From NCBI GenBank assembly GCA_964648855.1, contig CAZYLT010000015.1, forward strand, positions 1-32,000: DNA of 32,000 nt. Direction: 5' to 3'. The DNA is from an uncultured archaeon (lineage in GTDB: Archaea; Asgardarchaeota; Thorarchaeia; Thorarchaeales; Thorarchaeaceae). The notes under the pieces were generated by a model. That model was given only the letters and a program-made list of their open reading frames with translations. It ran no database searches and had not been told where the DNA came from. A program made the position numbers and the translations under genes. Each line of letters opens with the position of its first letter. The first letter of the stretch is position 1. Of the stretch, positions 1-8,631 are shown one piece after another.

Positions 1-495
1 ATTCAGGCTGCTATTACAGAAGGTAATATCACTAAAGTGACGGAGATAACCACCAGACCAAGATACATTTCCATCGAAATCCATGGAGAATTCTCCCTGG
101 ATTGAAGCTCCACCTCCTTCTGCGTTAAGGTACGAATCTGTTCCCTCCAGATATCCCCCAGCACTCACTTCCACAATAGAGTCTGTGACATTCATGTTGA
201 TGGCCGAATTATTTAGAGTAAGTGATCCACCGCTTTGAATTAACACATCACCATTGACTACTATGCTGTGATTATCAGTATAAACAGTTGGCTGAGTAAT
301 AATCCAGTCGCCGGACCCGTCATATACATCGCCACTAGCATCACTAACACTAAATCCTATGTTGGGATGTGACGGTGTTTCCAGTGTTCTGTTCTGTTCT
401 GTTTCAGCTGGCTGTGCTATTGGAGAGAATGTAGCTAGAATCAGAAAGATTGCAAAAAGTAAGACTATCTTTGATGGTGTTGCAAATGAAGGCAT
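1..495 (-). CDS. Secreted/surface glycoprotein, probable parallel beta-helix repeat protein (5' part only; runs off window start)
   Basis: Not in ORF track. Manual translation from ATG at 495 (SD GAGGAG upstream) is open to position 1: MPSFATPSKIVLLFAIFLILATFSPIAQPAE...GDWIITQPTVYTDNHSIVVNGDVLIQSGGSLTLNNSAINMNVTD... It has a hydrophobic signal peptide, beta-rich G/S/N/T/V composition and several N-x-S/T sequons. Confidence 0.8.
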   Translation of the reverse strand, partial: MPSFATPSKIVLLFAIFLILATFSPIAQPAETEQNRTLETPSHPNIGFSVSDASGDVYDGSGDWIITQPTVYTDNHSIVVNGDVLIQSGGSLTLNNSAINMNVTDSIVEVSAGGYLEGTDSYLNAEGGGASIQGEFSMDFDGNVSWSGGYLRHFSDITFCNSSLN

Positions 496-708
496 GGAAC
501 TCCTCGCACGTCACGTACGAAATTTTCAGCATTTGTAATAAGTATTCTGGACACTAGCCCACAATTGAATAAAACGCATATTTGATGAATTTTATGGCAC
601 TCTCCCCTTAGCTAGAAGAATCAACTCATTCAAGAATAATGAGGACAAAGGGAATTATTTGCCAAACTCAACATCTTCAGTGAAATAAGTGAGGGGCAAA
701 ATGTCTCA

Positions 709-2043
709 CTACTGGGGGAATATCTCATATAGTTGGAGGATCCGCCTTTTGAAATCTGGGTGACTGAGAAGCAGAATCTTGGCGCCCACTTCGGTCTCAA
801 ACATCACACTATCAGGATTGGCCCTCAGCAGCTCAACAAGATTACCAATCTCTTTCTCCGAGAGACGTTCATCAGAGTCCAAGTCTGCATCTCGCCATTC
901 AACAGTTCCACTACCAGGTTTCGGTTCTTCTGATTTCTGTTCTTTCCGCTGCCGAGTCAGAGACTCAATAGCCGGCCTGACAGCCTCCTTAATCTGCTCA
1001 TCGCTCAGAGAGATACCATACGTTTCTCGCATATGTTTCAGCTTCCTAGTAAGAAAGAGTTCAGGCGCGACTTCACGAGCATTGTTTTCATCAATGCCAT
1101 CTAGGGGGTAGGCCAATATCATCTTCTCAAGATCACTCTGGTCTATAGGTTTCCTACGCTCAGGATTCAGTGATTCCAGCCACTTAACCTCATCAACCAA
1201 AGCAGAGATTGCTTCTACGCGCTGTCCAAGTCGAATCAATGCATTGATGGTTGGGCGAACCCCCATGACCTTCGCGGCGTGATAGTCACACAGTAGCTCT
1301 GCATCGCGAGAAGATCGTTGAAGAAGAACGAGGGAAATAGTCATCATGAGGCGAGAGAGACCAATGAAACAGAGGAGAATGAAAAACCTAACTCCAGCAA
1401 TGAATGGATTGAAATTCACAAGCATGGCAGATGCAATTCCAAGTCCAAGTCTGAGATATATGTACAAGTAAATTGAGTGAACGAAGAAGGATGGCATTCG
1501 CAATAGGATTTGAATAGGTGAATCATTGTTTCGAATGTGACCAAGCTCATGCGTTATTATCGATTTGACTTCTTCTGGCTTCAATAGGTCCATCAAATTG
1601 CTATAGAGCACCACGATAGAGCCCAAGAGAGGAAGGCTAAAGGTGAAAGCATTTGGCATAGGGGATTCCATTACATAGATTCGATCCACGGTCACCTCGC
1701 TCCTTTCAGCTAGTCCTCTTGTCCAAGACACGAGCTCATCCTGTGAATACCTAGAATCCCATTTCTCGGGGTCGCTTCGTTCCGGATAAATCATTTTCAT
1801 CCTTCTTTTTCGAAGCATGGAGCCAACAACCATGTATAACAAGAATAATTGAAGAAGAGAAATCGAAACAAACAGAGAAAGTGAGGTAAGAGGTGACTTT
1901 TGCATAATATCAAGGGAAATCAAGAATGGATTCTGGTCATCTAAAGCTATAAGAGATACAAATAGAATCTGAGCCAAGTCTGCTACCAAGAACAAGAATA
2001 GAAATGTCCATTTACTTCGTTCTATCTCCTCTATGTTCCTCAT
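709..2043 (-). CDS. Membrane zinc metalloprotease, M48 family (HtpX/Ste24-like), with large C-terminal insertion
   Basis: PNAF motif, HELGH zinc motif, third ligand in ELLCD (ExxAD-like), terminal SHP..RRI motif, multiple TM segments. Confidence 0.9.
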   Translation of the reverse strand: MRNIEEIERSKWTFLFLFLVADLAQILFVSLIALDDQNPFLISLDIMQKSPLTSLSLFVSISLLQLFLLYMVVGSMLRKRRMKMIYPERSDPEKWDSRYSQDELVSWTRGLAERSEVTVDRIYVMESPMPNAFTFSLPLLGSIVVLYSNLMDLLKPEEVKSIITHELGHIRNNDSPIQILLRMPSFFVHSIYLYIYLRLGLGIASAMLVNFNPFIAGVRFFILLCFIGLSRLMMTISLVLLQRSSRDAELLCDYHAAKVMGVRPTINALIRLGQRVEAISALVDEVKWLESLNPERRKPIDQSDLEKMILAYPLDGIDENNAREVAPELFLTRKLKHMRETYGISLSDEQIKEAVRPAIESLTRQRKEQKSEEPKPGSGTVEWRDADLDSDERLSEKEIGNLVELLRANPDSVMFETEVGAKILLLSHPDFKRRILQLYEIFPQ

Positions 2044-2119
2044 TCACACACATTCCTTCATACATGAATAGGCAGTACTGCAAACACAAAGCAAAGAATC
2101 TATTGTTTTGTCCGCAGTC

Positions 2120-2154
2120 TTTATCTTGTAGGAAGAACACTCACTCGGAGTGAG
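2120..2154 (+). promoter_or_regulatory. Putative TATA element (TTTATC) plus CTCACT-N3-AGTGAG inverted repeat overlapping the SD of tldD
   Basis: TTTATCT at 2120-2126. Perfect 6-bp inverted repeat 2140-2145/2149-2154 overlaps GGAGTGAGG just upstream of the TTG start at 2163. Confidence 0.35.
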
Positions 2155-2162
2155 GCATCATA

Positions 2163-3593
2163 TTGACCGATGGAAAGGATCTGGCTGAGATGTGCGTGTC
2201 CTATGGACAGGACCTCGGCGCAGATTATGTAGAAGCTCGCTTTGTTGAACAGTATGCCAGAGGCCTGGCATATCGAAACGGAGAACCAATTTCCGGAGGA
2301 ATGGAACCTTCTTCTGGAATAGGTGTAAGGGTACTCGTAAATGGCGGAATGGGTTTTGCCTCTTTTGACAGGCTGGAGGAGGATTTGGCAAAGACTGCGA
2401 TATCTACCGCCTTCAAGATGGCAAAGAATTCACAAAGGGAAGAGCCCATTGATTTGGGTGAGCCAGTGTCAAATACTGCAAATTGGTCCGTTGAAATCAA
2501 GACCCGATTGCGCGATATCGATATGGACACATTGATGGAAACTGCAGACACGCTTAATGAACAAATGAAGGGGCTAGCTCAATATACTTTGCTCTTCAAT
2601 CCTAAAGAAATGGAGAAATATATTGTAACGAGTGAGGGCTCGCAGATATCTGGAACTCTCTCATATCTCCAAGTCTTTGTTCTCCTTACAGCCAAGGGAA
2701 AACATGGTTCCGAACAAAGAATGATTGATTTCACACAAGCAGGTGGCTGGGAACGACTCGATGAAGGACATGTTGTTGACAATCTGGCTGACGAAGTAGC
2801 TCGTCTCAAGAAAACGGCGGACAAGGCAGAGAAGGTCAATGAATTGATGGAGCAACCAGTAGACATGATTTTCGGTCATGAAGTTGCAGGCATAATAGCT
2901 CACGAAAACGTGGGTCATCCATCCGAAGGAGATCGTATCATGGGTCGAGAGGGGGCACAAGCTGGCGAGAGCTTTTGGAGAGATTTAGAGATTGGCGAGT
3001 CCCGCGTAGGCTCGGAGGTCGTGACTGTTTCTGAGGACCCAACAATCCCAAACACAAGTGGATTCTATCTTTTTGATGACGAGTGTGTCAAAGCGAGAAA
3101 GCGGGTACTTATCAAAGAAGGAATAATCAACGAACCTTTGCTGAATCGCGAATTTGGTCAGAAGTTTGGGATGGGAAGTAACGGTGCTGCTCGTTCAACT
3201 GGATTTGAAAGAGAGCCAATAATACGAATGGCAAATACATTCTTCGAGCCAGGAGACCACTCATTCGAGGACCTGGTTGAAGATGTAAAACTTGGCGTGT
3301 ACATGAGGAGCTTTCAGGAGTGGAATATAGACGACAGACGTTATCAGTCGAAATATTCAGGTTCGGAGGCATACCTGATCAGAGAAGGAGAACTAACTGA
3401 AATAATGGTCAGAAGACCTGTTTTGGAAACAACCAGCGTTGGACTACTCAGCTCCGTTGATGCAATTTCGAAGAATCTAAAATTTGAATTTCCAGGGACA
3501 TGCGGAAAGAGTGACCCCATGCAAGGGATCCCTGTGTATGCCGGAGGCGGAGAAATCCGATTCCGCAATATTCGACTTGGAGGTGTTGGCTAA
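2163..3593 (+). CDS. tldD: TldD-family metalloprotease (catalytic subunit)
   Basis: GIGVRVL N-terminal motif, HENVGHPSEGD (HExxGH), DDE, RMANT, C-terminal GTCGK..Q; TTG start with SD. Confidence 0.93.
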   Translation: MTDGKDLAEMCVSYGQDLGADYVEARFVEQYARGLAYRNGEPISGGMEPSSGIGVRVLVNGGMGFASFDRLEEDLAKTAISTAFKMAKNSQREEPIDLGEPVSNTANWSVEIKTRLRDIDMDTLMETADTLNEQMKGLAQYTLLFNPKEMEKYIVTSEGSQISGTLSYLQVFVLLTAKGKHGSEQRMIDFTQAGGWERLDEGHVVDNLADEVARLKKTADKAEKVNELMEQPVDMIFGHEVAGIIAHENVGHPSEGDRIMGREGAQAGESFWRDLEIGESRVGSEVVTVSEDPTIPNTSGFYLFDDECVKARKRVLIKEGIINEPLLNREFGQKFGMGSNGAARSTGFEREPIIRMANTFFEPGDHSFEDLVEDVKLGVYMRSFQEWNIDDRRYQSKYSGSEAYLIREGELTEIMVRRPVLETTSVGLLSSVDAISKNLKFEFPGTCGKSDPMQGIPVYAGGGEIRFRNIRLGGVG

Positions 3594-4972
3594 TGACTGC
3601 ATTGGAGAATATGAGGGGTTTTGTTGATGAAGCGATTACTTACGCCGAGAAGAAGACAGAAGGTTTGATCGTAAAAGGAGAAATTAACTCTGGCTCGCAG
3701 GTCAGATTCTCTCGAAATTCCATCGATATAGCCAAACAGTGGGAAACTCTTACACTCAAGGTGTTTCTGATTCTTGAAGGAAACAAGACCGGTTTCACTG
3801 AACGGTCAATCTCGAAGAAAGAGGACATCAATCCCCTTATTGATGACATGGTGAAGTTCACCAAGATGCTACCCGAATCAATGGTGTTTGCGGGTGTTGA
3901 AGATAAGGTTCACGAGTATGACGTTATTGAAACGAACTACGATGAGAACTACGATGCCTTTGTAGAGAAAGCGCCTCGTGTAATCAACTCTACAATCGAT
4001 GCCGCGCTGGAGGAGGGAGCAAAGCGAGTGGCGGGAGCTTTGAAGCTCTCCAAAGAGCATGCATTCTTCCGCTCGAGCTATGGTCCTGAAGGGGCATCGC
4101 AGAGTACCCAATTTGATCTTAATGTCAGAGCGTTTCAGGACGAACTGGACTATTCTGGTCAAGGGCTCTTCTGTGGAACTATACCCTCGCAATCCGAGTC
4201 CAAAATGATAGCAGCTGGGAAGCAAGCCGGAGGGCTATCAAAGAAAGCAGATGGTGCAGTACAGGGAGAACCAGGGATATATGATTTGATTCTCAGTCCT
4301 ACTGTGGCGGCTGATGTAGTTGGCATAATCCCAACCTCAGCCAATCCATTCATGATAATGATTGGGATGTCTCCCCTTGGTGATAAGATGGGTGAGCAAC
4401 TAGCACCTGAATATGTCAATGCAGTCGATGATCCCAGGATTCCACAGGGTCTCGGGAGCAGTGCCTTCGATTTTGAAGGGACCCCCACACAGAAGACTCC
4501 AATCATTGAAGCGGGTGTATTGAAGAACCTAGTTCATAACACAAGCACCGCAAAGATGTATGAAACTGAAACGACAGGTAATTCTGGGATAATATCATGG
4601 GGGTCGGGCTTGAAGATGCTTTTGCCCACTTACACAAATATCGTCTTCAATGAAGGCGAGCATTCATTTGATGAGATGATCGAAACCAACAAACCCACGA
4701 TATATGTGACTTGTAACTGGTACACCCGATTCCAGAATTATCAGACAGGTGAATTCTCCACAATTCCGAGAGACGCCATGTTTCTTATTGAGGATGGGGA
4801 GATGAAACCAATCAAGAACCTACGGATCAGTGATAATACCCTTAGAATGTTCTCAAACATCATTGCCATGGGAAAAGACCGGAAGCAGGTGTACTGGTGG
4901 GAAGTGGGAATTCCTACATTTATTCCAACCGTGAAGGTAGAGAATTGCAGAATGTCAGCGGCTACACAATGA
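3593..4972 (+). CDS. pmbA: PmbA/TldE-family protein (non-catalytic partner of TldD)
   Basis: Overlaps tldD stop (TAATG); RFSRNSI, DDP..FDFEG, TTGN, WYTRFQN motifs; no HExxxH. Confidence 0.88.
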   Translation: MTALENMRGFVDEAITYAEKKTEGLIVKGEINSGSQVRFSRNSIDIAKQWETLTLKVFLILEGNKTGFTERSISKKEDINPLIDDMVKFTKMLPESMVFAGVEDKVHEYDVIETNYDENYDAFVEKAPRVINSTIDAALEEGAKRVAGALKLSKEHAFFRSSYGPEGASQSTQFDLNVRAFQDELDYSGQGLFCGTIPSQSESKMIAAGKQAGGLSKKADGAVQGEPGIYDLILSPTVAADVVGIIPTSANPFMIMIGMSPLGDKMGEQLAPEYVNAVDDPRIPQGLGSSAFDFEGTPTQKTPIIEAGVLKNLVHNTSTAKMYETETTGNSGIISWGSGLKMLLPTYTNIVFNEGEHSFDEMIETNKPTIYVTCNWYTRFQNYQTGEFSTIPRDAMFLIEDGEMKPIKNLRISDNTLRMFSNIIAMGKDRKQVYWWEVGIPTFIPTVKVENCRMSAATQ

Positions 4973-4983
4973 AAGCATAATAA

Positions 4984-5022
4984 GGCTCATCAGAGTGACC
5001 TCAATCATATTACTGGTGAGCC
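4984..5022. terminator. Stem-loop between convergent pmbA and GTPase genes
   Basis: GGCTCATCAG (4984-4993) pairs with CTGGTGAGCC (5013-5022) with one G.U; inner GTGA/TCAT pairing. Confidence 0.4.
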
Positions 5023-5048
5023 CGTTTGGGGCAAATTGCCAAAGAAAA

Positions 5049-5585
5049 TCATGAACGTCGAGTTGAAGCCTCATGACAAGACGCGGCAGCATGAAAGAAC
5101 AACTCACTGACATTAGTACCTTCCTTCGCACTAGTTTCGAAGTATTTTAGTGAGAGGATACTCGCTAGATTCTCCACTTCTTTCTTGGAAACATCTCTTC
5201 GCGCCTCCAAGTCAATCTTGTTGGCAACAAGAGACCCCGGTATTGTCATTGCTCCGGAGATACAGACACTCTCAGCCAGATTATCAAACCATTCTGGGAT
5301 GTCGTCGAACGTTGCTCGTTCAGTGACATCAAAAACGAGAATTACATGATGAGATCCCGCATAGAATCTATTCCGGAGAGCTGCAAAGGAATGCTGTCCA
5401 CCTAGATCGACGACACTGAGTACAACCTTGCCTTCAGGAAATTCGAAACTGGCAATGTTCATGCCTACACCGACAGTTGCAGTATAGGATTCGTTGAAAT
5501 CATCTCTCAAGTATCGTTGAATGAGAGAGGTCTTGCCTACATTTCGAGGGCCCATGACCAGTGTTTTGTAGACTTGCGCAGTCAT
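5049..5585 (-). CDS. Ras-superfamily small GTPase (Rab-like, Asgard type)
   Basis: G1 GPRNVGKTS, G2 YTATVG, G3 DLGGQ, G4 NKID, G5 ETSAK. Start at 5585 (MTAQVYK) is more typical than the 5630 in the track. No C-terminal prenylation motif. Confidence 0.93.
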   Translation of the reverse strand: MTAQVYKTLVMGPRNVGKTSLIQRYLRDDFNESYTATVGVGMNIASFEFPEGKVVLSVVDLGGQHSFAALRNRFYAGSHHVILVFDVTERATFDDIPEWFDNLAESVCISGAMTIPGSLVANKIDLEARRDVSKKEVENLASILSLKYFETSAKEGTNVSELFFHAAASCHEASTRRS

Positions 5586-5749
5586 CGAATTCAAATCCAA
5601 GAAAGCTTTCAGATATGTACTCTCCTTCATGGCAACGGTACCTTATAATTCATTCACGAACAAACGTTAATCTATCGAATGGCCCCTTGAATTGGCCTTC
5701 TTATGGGTATGAAAACGCTTTAGTGCATGCTCCGGTTAAAGGTATGATT

Positions 5750-6217
5750 ATGGTTGACCTGAAAGATATTAGAGAAAGAACGATTTCTGTGGATGAATAT
5801 ATCGAGTCATTAGATGATAAGAATCGAGATATCGTTCTGGAAATGTACGGTGAATACGAATTGAATGGCGATGTGGTGCAGGCGCTTCGGGATGAAATGA
5901 AGAATATCACAACTGTTGTCTTTAGTGCTGCATGGTGTGGAGATTGTAAGATCGCAATGCCAGTCGTCAAGCATCTTGTGGAACGAATCGGCATTGAAGT
6001 TAGAATATTCAACAAAATCAAGACTGCACCTCTTGACCAAGATCACCAATGGAAGATTCCCCCTTCTCCGCCTGAGATTGAAGAGTGGAACGTTACCGCT
6101 ATCCCATGGTTTGAGTTTATCGATGATTCTGGCAACCGTGTGGCGCACCTAATTGAAAAACCGAAGATTAAAGACACTTTGGAAGCAGAAATGTTATACG
6201 TGCTCAAGAATAAATAG
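5750..6217 (+). CDS. Thioredoxin-fold protein (WCGDC)
   Basis: FSAAWCGDC active site and cis-Pro motif AIPW. Likely start ATG 5744/5750; the upstream extension in the track overlaps the divergent GTPase. Confidence 0.88.
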   Translation: MVDLKDIRERTISVDEYIESLDDKNRDIVLEMYGEYELNGDVVQALRDEMKNITTVVFSAAWCGDCKIAMPVVKHLVERIGIEVRIFNKIKTAPLDQDHQWKIPPSPPEIEEWNVTAIPWFEFIDDSGNRVAHLIEKPKIKDTLEAEMLYVLKNK

Positions 6218-6259
6218 AACCTCTGTTATTCTAGAAGCACCAATCAGGAGGTAAAAATA

Positions 6260-7567
6260 ATGGAGATTCCAATGATTACCAAGTTCATAAATGGTTTGAA
6301 AATGTTCTTTGAGTCGAAGCGACTAAAATGGCTGACGATTGTCTTTTTTGCGGGAGCTGTTCTAATTACACTATGGGAGCAAATAGGAGGCTATTTCGCG
6401 GGATTCGGATTATTTGTTTCATTAATCTGGGGCATTTTTCCGACGTTTTTCATGCTGACATTTTTTGTTTCATTCGCGGGTTTTCAGAGATTCGTGGCGA
6501 GTGAAGAGTCATACAGCGCGTCACTCATAAGATTCATACCATGGATTATTGCCAGCGGAGTCCTACTATTCATACTCATAATGTTCGCATTTCCCATATT
6601 CAGCTTCATTTACATTGGAATCGCTTTTGTCGGATGGATTGGCTTCCAATCCTATTTCTCTGCTCGAACATCACTAACCTACGCAAGCGGAGTTCAAATG
6701 GATAAGGCATCGAAACTCACCACATTTCTATTTGGTACTGCAAATATTTTCAACTATGTTGCCATCATTGGTGCCTTTGTGTACACGGTTCTATTTGTGA
6801 ATCCAGCCGTACTCTTTCCACCATACACATCAGCATTGTTTTTCGGAATACTTGGAATGCTGCTTGCACTTGGTTTCAACTTTCTGAACGGTGTGATTGT
6901 GGCCTGGGAGCGAAACAAGCCACATGCGGCGAATATTGTTCTGCTTAGTATATTCATCTCCGTCTATTCCGCATATTTCACCTACAATGTGCTGAAAGGA
7001 TTTCAGCCAGGTATTGACCTTGTCAGTCTAGCAGTCACCATCTTTTTCATTCTGTACACGATGAGCTCCGTAGGACAGACCCTCGCCAGCAGAGCAGATA
7101 TGGACACCCGACTAAAGATATCAAAAGAAGCCGCTGCAACACTTACATTCTTTCTCGCCTCGGGATTCATGTTCGTTGATGTCACATTCAGTATCCTTGC
7201 AGGACCGTCACAGGGCGGCCTAGGGGACGGTGTCAAGCTTCTCATCTTCCCATTGATTGCTCTTCTGATGGAGATTCGATTCATCTACAGAGTTAGAAAG
7301 GCACAAGAAATGCCTGGAACGCCCGAAGAGATGGAGGTAGTTGGTGTAGACGAAGAGGTAGAGGAATTGGAGGCTGAAGGGGCACCTCCTACAGAACAGG
7401 AATTGGGAGTTGAAGAGGTACCACCTACAGAAGAAGATATGGCTGAAGAATTCCCTGATATGGATGAAACTGAAGGCGAGGAACCACCATTAGTGGAAGA
7501 AGAGGAACCTGCAGAAACAGAAGAGCAGGAATCTCTGGAAACGGAACACGAAGCTGATGAGCAGTAA
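6260..7567 (+). CDS. Polytopic membrane protein (about 10-11 TM) with long acidic disordered C-terminal tail
   Basis: SD AGGAGG; alternating hydrophobic helices; last ~85 aa Glu/Pro-rich. Confidence 0.85.
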   Translation: MEIPMITKFINGLKMFFESKRLKWLTIVFFAGAVLITLWEQIGGYFAGFGLFVSLIWGIFPTFFMLTFFVSFAGFQRFVASEESYSASLIRFIPWIIASGVLLFILIMFAFPIFSFIYIGIAFVGWIGFQSYFSARTSLTYASGVQMDKASKLTTFLFGTANIFNYVAIIGAFVYTVLFVNPAVLFPPYTSALFFGILGMLLALGFNFLNGVIVAWERNKPHAANIVLLSIFISVYSAYFTYNVLKGFQPGIDLVSLAVTIFFILYTMSSVGQTLASRADMDTRLKISKEAAATLTFFLASGFMFVDVTFSILAGPSQGGLGDGVKLLIFPLIALLMEIRFIYRVRKAQEMPGTPEEMEVVGVDEEVEELEAEGAPPTEQELGVEEVPPTEEDMAEEFPDMDETEGEEPPLVEEEEPAETEEQESLETEHEADEQ

Positions 7568-7698
7568 AAGCGCTTGCTGTTCGAATCCAAGAGTTTCGCT
7601 TTCGGCCCATCCGAAGGCTTTTATCCGCTATCTGTATTCGGAGGGAGTGACTATTGCCCTAGAAAAGAGGCATTAGCAAACATAACGGTGAATCACAA

Positions 7699-7863
7699 AT
7701 GGCAAAATGGGAATGTTTAGTCTGTGGCTGGATCTACGACGAAGAAAAGGGAGATCCTGACAGCGGAGTGGAACCAGGAACCAAGTTTGAAGACATACCC
7801 GACGATTGGGTCTGTCCAATGTGCGGTGCAGGCAAGGACGACTTCGAGAAAATCTCTGACTAG
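7699..7863 (+). CDS. Rubredoxin (54 aa)
   Basis: Missed by track (<60 aa). Translation [54 protein letters not shown]; two CxxCG motifs; SD GGTGA upstream. Confidence 0.97.
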   Translation: MAKWECLVCGWIYDEEKGDPDSGVEPGTKFEDIPDDWVCPMCGAGKDDFEKISD

Positions 7864-7890
7864 TCGGAACCTGTTACATGATAAATACAT

Positions 7891-7926
7891 CCGGGCATTG
7901 TCCCGGGTTTCGCCTTTCATTTTTTT
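7891..7926 (+). terminator. Hairpin plus T-tract after rubredoxin
   Basis: CCGGG-cattgt-CCCGG stem followed by TTTCATTTTTTT. Confidence 0.45.
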
Positions 7927-8036
7927 CCAATAGGTACGATGAATTAGACATGTCCATGCTCATCTCAGAGATGAACAACGACAATCTAGGAGAAAGCAAT
8001 TTTTTTTGCAATGCAAAGAAGTAGGATTTCCTTTGA

Positions 8037-8423
8037 TTATTTCTTTCCTTGCACCATGGAAGCAAGCCGCTCAGCAATCTTCGAATAACCATCGGATTTA
8101 TCGATCACGCCTTCGGCCCCCACTGTGATAGCTATTTTTTTCAACTCGGGGTCTATATGGGCGGTAAGAATATGGATATTTGCAACACCCATTTCTGACA
8201 ATTGCTTGCTTGATTCTATACCGTCCATGATGGGCATCCTGAGGTCCATTAGAGTCATGTCTGGAGTTATATCATCTGCAAGCATAGTGGCCATTTTCTC
8301 CACAGCATCCTTACCATCGGAAGCACAGATGACTTCAATATCCGGTATTTCCTTTTTGAGGTAAGTTTCGAGGATTTCTGCTACTCTCGGTTCGTCATCA
8401 ACGATAAAGATGCGGGTGGTCAT
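8037..8423 (-). CDS. Single-domain response regulator receiver (CheY-like)
   Basis: IVDDE, phosphoacceptor Asp in LMDLRMPIMDG, ILTA, conserved Lys in VIDK. Confidence 0.93.
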   Translation of the reverse strand: MTTRIFIVDDEPRVAEILETYLKKEIPDIEVICASDGKDAVEKMATMLADDITPDMTLMDLRMPIMDGIESSKQLSEMGVANIHILTAHIDPELKKIAITVGAEGVIDKSDGYSKIAERLASMVQGKK

Positions 8424-8457
8424 TTTTGCTTCTCACAGCCTTCAGATGCGTGCATTC

Positions 8458-8479
8458 TTCTTGAAATGTAATTCAAGAA
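8458..8479. promoter_or_regulatory. Perfect 8-bp inverted repeat TTCTTGAA-N6-TTCAAGAA, putative operator
   Basis: Lies in the divergent intergenic region between the receiver gene and the DUF4139 operon. Confidence 0.4.
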
Positions 8480-8631
8480 TACATCAATTCAAAGCTTTCG
8501 CATGCTGAAAAGTTTAGTTGTCACAAGGTCAGGAAGGGATAGACATTGTTTTTGAGCAAGTTTTGGCGAATTCAATGATTCTACTCAAAGAATAAATGAG
8601 GGTATTTCCCACTCCACATCGGAGATTAGTC

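Noticed and set aside
5561-5749. N-terminal extension of the thioredoxin ORF
   Set aside because: Overlaps the divergent GTPase and promoter region; the domain begins at ~5750.
7579-7588. GTTCGAATCC, the tRNA T-loop consensus
   Set aside because: Flanks do not form a 5-bp T-stem, and no acceptor stem or cloverleaf can be built; the upstream sequence is coding.
7717-8092. Track ORFs 7717..7920(-), 7724..7933(+), 7874..8092(-)
   Set aside because: Shadow frames of the real rubredoxin (7699-7863) and receiver genes.
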